From Octopus vulgaris (lineage: Eukaryota), in NCBI GenBank assembly GCA_951406725.2, contig OX597820.1:2914001-2978000 (forward strand): a stretch of 64,000 bases of DNA. Reading direction: 5' to 3'. Of the stretch, positions 13,300 through 25,391 are shown in pieces. A program made the position numbers and the translations under genes. The stretch's first letter is position 1. Every line of letters begins with the position of its first letter. Below the pieces are notes generated by a model that was not told the origin of the DNA, made no database searches, and saw nothing but the letters and a program-made list of their open reading frames with translations.

Positions 13300-13830
13300 T
13301 ATTGAGTGAGAGAGCAGTGCATGCCATCAAAGTGATACTGGGGTAAAATATACGAAGCCCAATATACCCATCATGACTAACCATCTGATGAGGTTACACC
13401 AGGCACATGTATCACAACCATGTGTGCATGACATGGTGACCTCATATCAATATAAACAGTGCATGACCTTGCAGGTGGGGCCCAGTTAGAATTTTCTTCA
13501 GATCAAGAGTACATCTCACTCAAAAGGTCCTTGAATAAGGGTTGTTTAAGGATGTTGAGCGAAACACCTAGGTTTCCAACTGTGAATTACGAAATCCCAA
13601 AGAATTCCTCCCCTACTATTTTTGCTCATGATCAGAGACGCACATATCGTCAGCCACTAAGGGACATGCTCAACTGGTTAAGGTCAAACAACTGACAAGC
13701 AAATCTGTGGTATTGAGCAGAATATTTGCTGTAGCCCATCTTTTATACCAAGACATAACAATGTACATGATAACACTTCCAATCAGAAGCCATGAGACCC
13801 ACTGCCTGGTACTGCATCAGGGCATTTATT
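13300..13830. mobile_element. Interspersed repeat inserted in (TAT)n, adjacent to an R4/Dong-like 3' end
   Basis: Complex ~530-bp block bounded on both sides by TAT/TGT repeats; family not assigned. Confidence 0.45.
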
Positions 13831-14104
13831 ATTATTATTATTATTATTCAATAGTCTTATTTCTATCACATGCTTTCACTGCACTACCGAGCACAGCTCT
13901 GTGTGCTTTGGGGTATGTGCTGTGGTTTGTTGTGGTGCTCTTATTTTCACTGTATTGAAAGCACTTTATGTAAGATGTGTGCAGTGTCTAGGAATACCAT
14001 TTGCTGTGTGTTATATACATTCTTAAGTCCTGGTTGTTGTTATTATTATTATTATTAATGGCAATATGTTTCCTCATAACTAATATCTCACTTTCACATT
14101 TTAG

Positions 14105-14221
14105 CTCGACATATCAGGAAATTGTTCCGTTAAATACACAAACATGGGAGGCCGCATAATTAAAATCAAAGAAAACTGCACCAATATGGAAATTGCAGGA
14201 GATTTCTCTGGAGCAGAAAAA
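14105..14221 (+). CDS. MTTP: MTTP exon 4 (LDISGNCSVKY...IKIKENC...AEK)
   Basis: AG/GTGAGT, 117 nt; DISGNCxVxY motif and Cys pair as in human VDISGNCKVTY...IKIKALDSC. Confidence 0.95.
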
Positions 14222-15091
14222 GTGAGTTTTTACTTATTTTTTTAAGCACAGATTCTAATTAAAATATTTCAAAGTCATTTAACTTTATTGGTATTTTGCT
14301 AATTCGTAATTTTGGATTACAGCATTCGGTTAATATCAATGAATGCAATCGCATTTAGAAAACCAATGGAATTCTACAGCTTGCCATTGTCTATGTCTTG
14401 CAGCTCCTGCTGACCATTTTCTATTTCTCTCCCTCTCTTTTACTCCTGCTGAAGGATCTGCTTGGCTACACACGTAGTAATCCTCTTGTCCCCTAACATG
14501 AAGCTTCTCCCCCCTCACCCCCACCCCGGGCTTATGTTTCTGCAAATTGCATGGCAACTTCAATAATGCAAGTGGCACAAAAAAAAAGCCCCCACTCCAA
14601 ACTGTGAACTGTGGACATCAGGATGGGCATTCAACTAAAAACCATGCCAAAACAGACATTTGGTGCTTGACGCATTGGACCTTGTCAAACCGTCCAACAC
14701 ATTCCTGCATGGAACATGGATGTCAAATGGTGATGATGATGATGATGCAATTCCACGTAAAGGTTTTGGTCAACTCAAGATTATGGTAGAAGAAATTCGT
14801 TCAAGATCTCACGTGATGGTGGTCAAACCTGGAACCACATGCCATGCTTTCTTAACCAACAGAGGCAGAGTAAACTGGATGAGTTGTAAGAGCTTCAGCT
14901 AGATTAACTTTTGGTGTTTGTTCTGATTCTGATGTCTGAGTTCAAACCCCACCAAGGTCAGCTTTGCCCTTCGTCCTTTTCATTACCATCATCATCATCA
15001 ATCTTCACTCCCTCCATTTCTTTTGTAGGGGTTTATTCCCTTATCCTTTCTTTAAACCCTTGATAACTCACCCCACAAGGCATCAGGGCTT

Positions 15092-15460
15092 TGTTACCTC
15101 TGCCTTAGCGAAGGCGGAAGTATTGTTTTCAGTCGCATTTGTTTGTTTGTTTGTCCATGGACAAGATATCTCAAGAACCGCTCAATGGATTCGGATGAAA
15201 CTTCAAAGGAATGTTTGGCCTCGTGACTGGCACCGACTGATTATATTTTGGGATCAATCTGGTACTGGACAAGGGTTCTGAATTATTTTTCCGTTTTTTT
15301 TACTTAATTTTTGAGAGTGGTCAGGTTCATTTTTAGGATTCTCGTTTGTGAGAGCAATCGAGATTATTTCAGATATTCTCATTTTAAAAATCATTTCTGG
15401 CTAATCGTTGAAAGGACGTTGGTGTTGCCTTGGTGGAGGTTTGCACTCTCTGAGTGCTCT
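15092..15460 (+). mobile_element. Helentron/DINE-like non-autonomous element
   Basis: 5' TTACCTCTGCC sub-TIR with hairpin, (GTTT)n, 3' GGTGGAGGT inverted partner and terminal hairpin GCACTCTCTGAGTGC. Confidence 0.6.
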
Positions 15461-16097
15461 TATTATTACTATAGGGGTCATGGATTGTGCAGATCCACTC
15501 CCACTCTCTCTCATCCCTCAAACCTGTATTGGTCTCCTGCACCAAGTGCCTATGGTGCCAGTAGTTATCAGGACGTAGGGTTTGTACTGAGTTACCTTTT
15601 CTCAGATGAGCAGCTAAAGAACTGAAGGGCTTTGTCTGCTCCGAAACCATTGAGATGTCTGTGAGTGACCTTCTTTTGGAGACAATTCCTGTTGTTCTAA
15701 GCTTAAACAAATTGATACCATAACATTAAGAATTTGGTAATCTGAAATTATGAATGACTTTTATATTTTATTACATTTTTATTTATTTATTCATATTTTG
15801 TTACATGTTTTGGTTTGTCAAAGTCCTTTTGTCACCATTCACAACCTCAAACATAATTGATTAATTGACTGATTGACCAAAAGATTAATCAAACAATCAA
15901 TGAGTTGACTGGTTAAATGATTAACCTACTGACAAATAAATAATAAAGAAGTAAAGTACAACCAGTGCATGTATTTACTATTGGCACAATGACCCTCCCA
16001 AGATACACCAAAATCTGTTCACATCAAGAATCCTCGAAACAAAATCAAAAAACATTACACTCAAAATTTTTACTTTAATTATTTTGTTATTTTGCAG

Positions 16098-16237
16098 TTG
16101 TTGGGTGTTTCTACATCTTCCACATCCGCTATTTCCTATATTCTGAACGATGGTATCATAGACACAGCCGTTGGAAACGGTGCCAGCCAACTGAAAATAA
16201 ACCTAAATACATCAATGGGTGCGAAAATCGATGTTTT
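16098..16237 (+). CDS. MTTP: MTTP exon 5 (LLGVSTSSTSAISYIL...GAKIDV)
   Basis: tttgcAG/GTGAGT, 140 nt, phase 0 to 2; resembles human VLGVSSKATSVTTYKI. Confidence 0.92.
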
Positions 16238-16684
16238 GTGAGTATAATTGGAGCTAAATTTAATTATTGAAATTTTCCCATTTAAATATGAATTTTACTG
16301 GTTGCCTCCTCCTCCTAATCATCATCATCATTCATCATCTGCCTTCCCTGGTGGCATGGGTAGGACAGTATCATAAGAGCTGGCCAGGCCGAAGCCAGCA
16401 CCAGACTTCTGTGACTGTTTTGGTAAGGTTTTTACAGCTGGATGCCCTTCCTAACACCAACCACTCAGCTGAGTGGACTGAGTGCTTGTTACCTGGCACA
16501 AGCACAGGCGAGGTTTTTACAGCTGGATGTCCTGGGCCAAGAGGACAGGATTGGGGAGTGGGAGGTAAGCATAGTGCATGAAGTGGAAATTTCTAGAAGC
16601 AGGATTTTTTCTTTTACATTACAAATTGTATTGAAATCCAATATATTTTATTATTTATATATTTTTCTTTTACTTTTTTTGTAG

Positions 16685-16773
16685 CCAAAAGTTAAAACTG
16701 ACTGGTCAGGTGGAAACGAAGGAGAAAATGATAATTCCAGACCTTGATGAAGCAGAAAGTTTCTTAGACACCA
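16685..16773 (+). CDS. MTTP: MTTP exon 6 (QKLKLTGQVETKEK...FLDT)
   Basis: Polypyrimidine tract + AG, GTAAGT donor, phase 2 to 1; QKLKL resembles human QKLEL. Confidence 0.88.
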
Positions 16774-16864
16774 GTAAGTCAATTACCTTTGATTAGGGGT
16801 TTATAGGTACTGAGATTCTTTTAATCTCTATCCCTTCTCCTGCCCTTCCCTCAGGTTGGGTAAC

Positions 16865-17152
16865 CATGTATCTCCTTGCAGCAGCACACCTGTTTTTCTA
16901 TCTTCATTCTCTATCTCTCTCTCTAGCCACATAACCTTGTACCTCCTCTACAGCAAGACACCTATTTCTGTCTCTCTCTCTCTCTCCAGGTAACCTTGTA
17001 CCTCCTCTACTGCAAGACACCTGTTTCTGTCTCTCTCTCTCTCTCTCCAGGTAATCTTGTACCTCCTCTACAGCAAGACACCTGTTTCTGTCTCTCTCTC
17101 TCTCTCCAGGTAATCTTGTACTTCTTCTACAGCAAGGCACCTGTATCTGTCT
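16865..17152. repeat. ~60-bp minisatellite, ~4.5 copies
   Basis: Unit CCAGGTAA(C/T)CTTGTACCTCCTCTACAGCAAGACACCTGTTTCTG(TC)n, about 90 bp downstream of exon 6. Confidence 0.9.
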
Positions 17153-17769
17153 CACTATAACCTTTTCATCATCATCTCCTCCAATGCCTCCTCCCCTCTC
17201 AAAAGGTTTTTGTCCTGCAAGTTACTTGGTGACCCTGTCAGAGTGGGTGCCACTTAAAAAGCACCCAGTCCACACTATAAAGTGGCTGGCATTTGGAAGG
17301 GCTTCCAGCTGTAAAAAACCTTACCAAAACTGACCTCACCTGTGCTAGTGCCACGTAAAATGCACTGAGTCCACTCTGCTGAGTGGTTGGTGTCAGGAAA
17401 GGCATCCAGCCGTAAAAATCTTGCCAAAACAGTCACAGAAGTCTGGTGCAGGCTTCTACCTGGCCAGCTCCTGTAAAACCATCCCACCCATGCCAGCATG
17501 GAAGGTGGACGTTAAACGCTGATGATGATGATACATTTAAACAGCTCATATTGATAAGATATTTATTATAGAGCAGCTTCTGTTGTGTAAATCGAATTTA
17601 TTCTACTTATGCAGGCATGGCTGCGTGGTAAGAAGTTTTCCCAACCGCATGGTCCCAGGTTCAATCCCATTGTGTGGCCCACTCAAGAAGTGTCTTCTAC
17701 TACAGCCTCAGGCCAATCAAAACATTATGACTAGATTTGGTAGACAAAACCCGGAAGAAGCCTGCTGTG

Positions 17770-17807
<38 letters not shown>

Positions 17808-18757
17808 AGTGTGTTTGTCCTCCATCACTGTGTGACAACTGTGTTGGTGTGTTTAGATGCCTGTTACTTAGCAGTTTGGCAAAAGAGACCGAGAAAATAA
17901 GTACCAGGCTTTGAAAAAAGAACGAGTACTGGAAGTCAATACATTCAATTAAAAATTCTTCGAGGCATTGCTCCAGCATGGCCACTGTCTAATGACTGAA
18001 ACAGGTAAAAAATAAAAGACAAAAGAAATAAATAAAACTGTTTTAGTTAAATCATCATCATCATCATCATTGTTTAATGTCTGCTCTCCATGCTGGCATG
18101 GGTTGGACGGTTTGACTGGGGACTGGCAAACCAGGAGGCTGCACCAGGCTCCAATCTGACCTGGCAAGGTTTCTACAGCTGGATGCCCTTCCTAACGCCA
18201 ACCACTCCGAGAGTGTAGTGGGTGCTCTTTACGTGTCACTGGCATGGGAGCCAGTGAGGCGGTACTGGCATCGACCACGCTTGAATGGTGTTTTTCATGT
18301 GCTACTGGCACAGGAGCCAGTCAGGTGCCACTGGCATTGACCACGCTTGGATGATGCTTTTTACGTGCCACCAGCAAGGGAGTCAGTCAGGTGGAACTGG
18401 CATAGGTGCCAGTCACACAGCACTGGCATTGGCCACGCTCAAATGGTGCTTTTTACATGCCACTGGCACAGGTGCCAGTCAGGCAGCACTGGCATTGGTC
18501 ATGCTCGGATGATGCTTTTTATGTGCCACTAGCATGGGAGTCAGTCAGGTGGCACAGGCATCAGCCATGCTTGAATGGTACTTTTTATGTGTTACTGGCA
18601 CAGGAGCCAGTCAGGTGGCACTGGCATCAGCTACGCTTGAATGGTGCTTTTTACGTGCCACCGGCATGGGTGCCAGTCAGGATAAATTTCAATCTTAGTT
18701 TAGAACAGATTGTTCTCTTCTGGTTTCTTTTGACCATTTTCCAATATTTATTTACAG

Positions 18758-18834
18758 AAATGGGCTACGATCATATTATTTCACTTTTACCAAGCAGCAG
18801 AGAGATCCAGCATTGTACTCAGGGTTGTATATCA
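18758..18834 (+). CDS. MTTP: MTTP exon 7 (MGYDHIISLLPSSREIQHCTQGCIS)
   Basis: tttacAG/GTAAGT, phase 1 to 0; HCxxGC resembles human HCKGCPS. Confidence 0.88.
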
Positions 18835-20634
18835 GTAAGTTCTTTGAAGAATATTTCAACAAGTTCAGTTATAAGAAATAAAAACGGAAAACATGCAAGA
18901 ACATTGAGAATTATTTTGAAAACTATAAGAGAACTTTGGAATCTATGTTTTGTTTTTTTGTTTTTAATTGTTTCAGTCATCATTGGATGGTGGCCATGCT
19001 GGGGCACTGCCTTGAAGAATTTCTAGTCAAACAAATCAACCCCAGTACTTATTGTTTTTTTAAGTCTGGCACTTATTTTATCATTCTCATTTACCAAACT
19101 GCTATGTTACAGGGTTGTAAACAAACCAACACTAAGATTGGAGGGGGGGGGGGCAAACAAATACACACACACATGCACAGCTGGCTTCCACACAGTTTCT
19201 GATTGCCAAATCCACTCCCAGGGCATTGGTCAGCCCAGGGCTATAGTAGAAGACACTTGCCCAAGGTGCTGTGCTGTGGAATTGAAACCAGAACCATGTG
19301 GTTGCAAAGTGAACTCCTTGATCACACAGCCACGGAACTGTATTTTTTCTATGGCATTTGGCTCTCAAGAGTCGGCACTGGTAATTCCAAAGGTGACGCC
19401 TTAGCAGAGAATATCTTTGAAAACTAAATTCTGCTTTCATATTATCATCATCATATACTTCTCCATCCTTTGTTCTCTACTTATCCCTTCTTCCACCTTA
19501 AAAATTGTTACCTGTTTTATCTTGATATCAACAAGTGAACTTTGTTCATGTCTCTTTCATTTGTGGTACATCATCATCATTATCAACATCATTATCATTC
19601 TAATGTCAGATAGAGTGTGTTGAGGCAGATTTTCTACAGCTGGGTGCCTTTCCTGTCATCAACCCTCACTTGTTTCCTTGTAATGTAATATGTCCTCATG
19701 ACCAGATATGTTTTTATAGAAGATTGGAGATGAAGGACACTGCTTACAGGATGGTGACATGCGATGTCAAGGCAAGCTGACACTAACACATACACACACG
19801 ACTACAACTGGCATAAAGCCACCGTCTCCTCTCAAATACTTCCAAACATGTTCTTAGACAAGGAAGATTTGATATTTCTTCTTTCTTTGTCTTGTGAGTT
19901 ACTTAGAGATCCAACTTGTGTCAGTGTCACCAAAAACAAGCACTCAATACATTATGTAAAGTGGGTGGCATGAGGGTGGGCATCCAGCTGTAGAAACCAT
20001 GGCCAGGGCTGACATTGGAGCTTGACATGGCCTTACAGCTTGCTGGATCTTGTCAAACCATCCAGCCCATAGCCCGTATCATCATGGAAAACATATGTTA
20101 AATGATGGTGGTGAACATCAATCAAAGCAACATCGTTTAACGTCTGCTTTCCATGCTGGCATGGGTTGGACAGTTTGACTGAAAACTGGTAAGCTGGAGA
20201 GCTGCACCAGGTTTCAGTCTGGTTTGGCATGGTTTTCTACAGCTGGATGCCCTTCCTGATGCCAACCACTCCAAGAGTGTAGTAAGTGCTTTCTATGTGT
20301 CACTGGCACTATAACATCGACATCGGCCATGACTACAATTTCACTTGGCTCAACAGGTCTTCTCAAGCACGGCATATCACCAAAGGTCTCGGTCACTTGT
20401 CACTGCCCCCATGAGGCCCAATGTCCAAACAGTGCTCTTTACACACCACCAGCACGGTTGCCAGTTACACGACACCAGCATTGGCCATCACTGCAATTTC
20501 ACTTGGCTTGACGGGTCTTCACAAGCACAGCATGTTTTATCTTTTTAGATTCTGTTTTTGGTTTTAGTTGTACAATAAATGAAATGTCTTTTTAACGTGA
20601 ATTACTCTCTTTTTGGTTTCTGTTTCTTGTGTAG

Positions 20635-20795
20635 CCTTTGGATTTGCTGAGTAAAGTGAAAGAGGTTTTAAGGAAGGAACAACTTTCCACACTGGCATCC
20701 GCATCTGCATTCTTGGAATATGTCCGTTCATTTAGAAACCAAGGGAAAGAAATTATTTTACAAACCCTGACACACGCAGACAGTTATTATATTGT
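20635..20795 (+). CDS. MTTP: MTTP exon 8 (PLDLLSKV...AFLEYVRSFRNQGKEIILQTL), start of alpha-helical domain
   Basis: AG/GTAAGA, 161 nt; resembles human [21 protein letters not shown]. Confidence 0.93.
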
Positions 20796-21726
20796 GTAAG
20801 AAACAAATATTTTCATCTTTTGCTAGCTTCATTCATTGGACTGCAGCCATGCTTAGGCACCACCTTGAAGAGTTTATCACTTATTTTAAAGTCTGGTACT
20901 TATTTTATTGTCTCTTTTGGGAAACCATTCTTTTAGGAGTACGTAAACTAAACAACACTGGTTGTGAAGCAGTGGTGGGAAACAAACAAAGACACAGGCA
21001 CATATATATATATATATATATATATATAGGGCACTATTACGCATAGATGCCTCACGCTAGGAGGAAGTCTTAAAGTCAAAAGTTTTGACTTTAAGAGTCC
21101 CTCCGAGCATGAGGCATCGAAGTGTAATAATGCCCTATATATAATATAAATAAATAAATTTAAAGGGAAAAGATTGATGATTTTTTTCCCTTATATATAT
21201 ATATGTATGTATATATATATATTGTGACAGGCTTCCTTCAGTTTCTATCAACCCAATTCACTTTTACAGGTGAAATGTTTCTATGCAATTGACAGTGTCT
21301 ACTTGGTGCTGATGATGTGCAATGACTCAGAAATCCAGATTTGGCAAGCTGACTGCTGCTGCTACATTTCTGTGCTCTTTAGCACTGTAGGTTTCTAAAA
21401 GAAGCTTTCGCAAGATAAATACCGTAGTTTAGTAGCTTACTACAGTATATCCACATTAAGTAAGACACACAGAATATACATATGTATATATATATATACA
21501 CGGTGCCACCGATGCTAGCATGGAAGGTGGGTGTTAAACGATGCTGATAATGATGCTGGTGTATATACATACATACATAAGTTCAAATTAATGAGTTATC
21601 ATTTAAATCCTAATTAACGTGAAATGCTTTAAACGTTCATTTTGCTCTGTTCAAACAATGTTGATAATAATATTGACTAATTAACTTTTCTCCTCGTTAT
21701 TTTAAAATAGTTTCTTTTGTTTTTAG

Positions 21727-21892
21727 CCCCCAATTAATTGACATTGCCAGTGCTGCCCAATCAAAAGGATCTCACAAAGCCATCATGGAGCTTCTCAATT
21801 TTGAAGGGGACCACACGGATTACCCAGAGCGCTATCTCTTTACGTTAGCTTATGCGACCAAACCTGCCAAATTCATTCTGAATAATTTCCTG
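21727..21892 (+). CDS. MTTP: MTTP exon 9 (PQLIDIASAAQS...PERYLFTLAYATKP...)
   Basis: AG/GTAAGG; resembles human PQLVDAVTSAQT...ERFLYACGFASHP. Confidence 0.95.
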
Positions 21893-23004
21893 GTAAGGAC
21901 GATGAAGCAATATCATATTTTCTTTTTATTTTGTTTTTATCGTTGTTATCTAGATGTTATCAATGTGTGTATATATATATGTACGTGTGTGTATATACAG
22001 ACATACATACAGACAGAGGGGTTTCCACACGATTTCCATCTACCGAATTCACTTACAATGCATCATTTGGCTTGGTGAAGGTGCCACACAATGGGAGAGA
22101 ACTCAAAACCCTATGACTGCAAAGCAAACCTCTTTACCACACAGCCATGCCATATATACATCCATAAACATACATATGTACACACACACACACACACATC
22201 CTGGGATATGTAACACTCTGCCTAAATACCAATCTTGAAAAATTAGGCTTCTCAAAACCAGAAAGGTGAACGCTAATTGGAAGACTACAGATCCAATCCA
22301 TCACTGGAACTGTAAAAATCTGTAAAACTTTCCTGAAGTTTAGCATTTAAATATATATGAGCATGTCTAGATATGTGGCTATATGCATGAGAATACATAC
22401 ATAAAACAAAACACACAAATCTGTGCATATGCATACTTACAAAAATACCGTTGTTGATGTTGAAATTGCAATGGAGGAACTTTGGATCTGGGTTAGAAAC
22501 TGGTTCTTTCTCTTTTGGCAAGAAATCTTGAAATAAAACTGAACAATCACATACACACATACATACAAGCATGTATGCATACATACGTACGTACATACGT
22601 CCGTCTGTCCATCCATCCATCTATGCTTGACCAAAGAAGACCTAAGGTCAAAATGACAATAACAACAACATAATTCTAAAATTGTTTTCACTACTGGGCA
22701 CCACATAAAAGGTGCCCAGTGCCACTCTGTTAAGTGGTTGGCATTAAGAAGGGCATCGTGCCATACAAATCTTACCAAAACAGACAATTGGAACCTGGTA
22801 CAGCTCTCCGGCTTGCCAGCTCCAGTCAAACCGTTCAACCCATGGAAAACAGATGCCAAACAATGATGATGATGATGATTATGATATTGAATTGTAATTC
22901 TTTTTTAATTCATCTTTATTTGATAATAAATAATATATTTCATTATTGTCCATAAACTGTCAACAGATTCATATTTAAACTCAAAATGTTTAACTTTATT
23001 CCAG

Positions 23005-23115
23005 AAAATATATAAGAAAAAAATAGCAAACAAGAATTTGAAAGAAAGCGTTGGTTTGACCCTTGGCGCTTTGATGTTCACGTATTGTTTGGTACCGAGT
23101 CAATGTGAGGAAAAT
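23005..23115 (+). CDS. MTTP: MTTP exon 10 (KIYKKK...ESVGLTLGALMFTYCLVPSQCEEN)
   Basis: ccAG/GTAAGT, 111 nt; Cys pair as in human [20 protein letters not shown]. Confidence 0.92.
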
Positions 23116-25175
23116 GTAAGTAAATAAAGATGCTATTTATGTGGCAGATAAATGTCGTGGATGAGTGGAGAGGCACAGGAAGGATTGGATGATGGTTAAG
23201 AAGGTTGCTTTTAAAACCTCTTGGCTTTGGGGTCCAGTCTCATTCCATGGCACTTTGTTAATATTAATGTAGCCCTGGGCCAGCCAAAGCCTTGTGAAGC
23301 CCATCATGTGTGTGGGTGTGTTGCCCCCCCCCCCCCCCACTGCTTGACATCTAGGGTTGGTGTATTTACATCTCTGTAACTTAGCAGTTCGGCAAAAGAC
23401 ACCAATAGAATAAGTACCAGGTTTTATAAGTATAGGTAATGGGGTCAATTCATTCAACCAAAAATTCTTGAAAGTGGTGCCCCAGCATGGCCAGTAAAAG
23501 ACAGAAGAGTATCTTAAAGCAGTCAGCTGACAGAATTGTTAATGCATTGGATAAAAGGCTTCATGGTATTTCTTCTTCCAGCTTTGCTTTTCATTCTGTC
23601 AGGATTCATAGGTACCAGTCATGTAGTGGGGCTATAGAATTGGCAACACAGCAATGCAAAATTGATGGCTTTACTATCATCTCTGTTCTATTATTGATTG
23701 CTTTTTAATATTATATTATCTCATTTGTATTTCTATCACTATTGGCAAAGAATTGTGTATTCTCTCTCTTTCTCCCCCCCTCTCTCCATATAAAGTCCTC
23801 TCTGGACTTTTTCCTCTTTCTGATTAAGAGCCATGCTCAAAACATCATTTCTACTCCTATTTTCCCATCTAAAACTTTCACTGAGTGTCCAGCTAATATA
23901 TTCTATGTGTACATCCAATTGGCTTTGGTTGTCCTGTTTTTTAGTTTTGATTTGCATACACACACCCACACACACACACACACCCACACACACACACAGA
24001 GTAATGCCTCGATATAGGAGTTAATTTGTTCCCGGAGTTTGCTTGTAAAGCAAAGACTCATAAAGCAGAGCAACAATTTCCTGTAATATCAATGTTATAA
24101 ATTGCAATTCATTCCCAGAAAAATATTTTACCTTTATAAGAACCATACCAAATCCGTTAGATTCACTTCAACATTTAAATTTAATTTGTCATAATATTTT
24201 CGTCGCTATGAGAATCTAATGGATTTTGTATATTTTTAAATGGCTTATAAACACCTTCTATGCTGCAATTATATATATATATATATTTAAGATGATAAGA
24301 AATGGAGCAATAATAACAGAAGTGGATCATTGGTGTTTTAAAGTAATTTAATAAAGACATGACTTTAAAACACTAATGATCCACTTCAGTTATTATTGCT
24401 CCATTTCTTATCGTTTTTTTATATATATTAAACCACGATTTTACCTTTTAAATTACCTACTACCGTATACCTCATAACAAGGACCATACATACTGAGGTA
24501 ATACCGGGAGTTCCTATGGATACATCTGTCCCTTAGATGGTTACATTACCTCTAACTTATATCTTACAAAATATATATATATACAGATGAGGAGTGAACA
24601 TATTACTATCATGTTCTTAAGAATGAAATCAACCTCTCTGTCTATATATCTACCCTCTTTATAATGTTGGCAAATGAAATAGAGATAAGAATGTGTATTG
24701 TCCGTTTGATTGGAAAATTCTATATGTGGCTGAAGATTGCTCGACATTTTAAAACTGATGTAATACTTACAGTGTTTAATAAAATGAAGTAGTATGAAAC
24801 GATTGTACTATACTACCTTGGATATCCTTGTTGCTTATTTTGATTATATATATATATATATATATATACAAAATAAGAAAATGGAGGAATAGATTTTTGA
24901 TGATTGAAAAAATCTATTCCTCCATTTTCTTATTTTGTATTATGAATTTGAGGTAAAACATTTTACCTCCGCCCATATAATACAATAAATGAATTAATTG
25001 CATTGCAATTCTTAGCATTTATGTATTAACTTTACTGGGTGCTTTACTGGCAGTATATTGGATAAATGATATCCCATAGTGGATTACACTCACAACCCCT
25101 ATCTCACTTTGTAATTATATATATATATATATATATATATAGCTATTTATCTGTCTGTCTATATATTAATTTCAG

Positions 25176-25391
25176 ATTGTTAAAGAATACATAATGTCTA
25201 CTAAGAGTTTGATATCAAAGTGCAAGACTGAAGAATGTCAGTTAATCTACCTACGATCCATGGGAAATGCTGGCTTAAAAGAATTCTTACCAATTCTACT
25301 TGAAAAGTCACTTCAAACTAAACCATCAAGCATTTCCAGCACAGCTGTTTATTCTTTGCGGCGTTTCAAGAAAGATGTCATCGCAGCTGAG
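25176..25391 (+). CDS. MTTP: MTTP exon 11 (IVKEY...IYLRSMGNAGL...VIAAE)
   Basis: ttcAG/GTTAAT, 216 nt; YLRSMGNA resembles YLLALKNA, an LLTP helical motif. Confidence 0.93.

Noticed and set aside
18230-18685. Regularly spaced ~60-bp repeats (also 27685-28025, 50225-50405) resembling a CRISPR array
   Set aside because: Whole units are diverged tandem copies within the RTE 3' UTR; no unique spacers, no cas genes, eukaryotic context.
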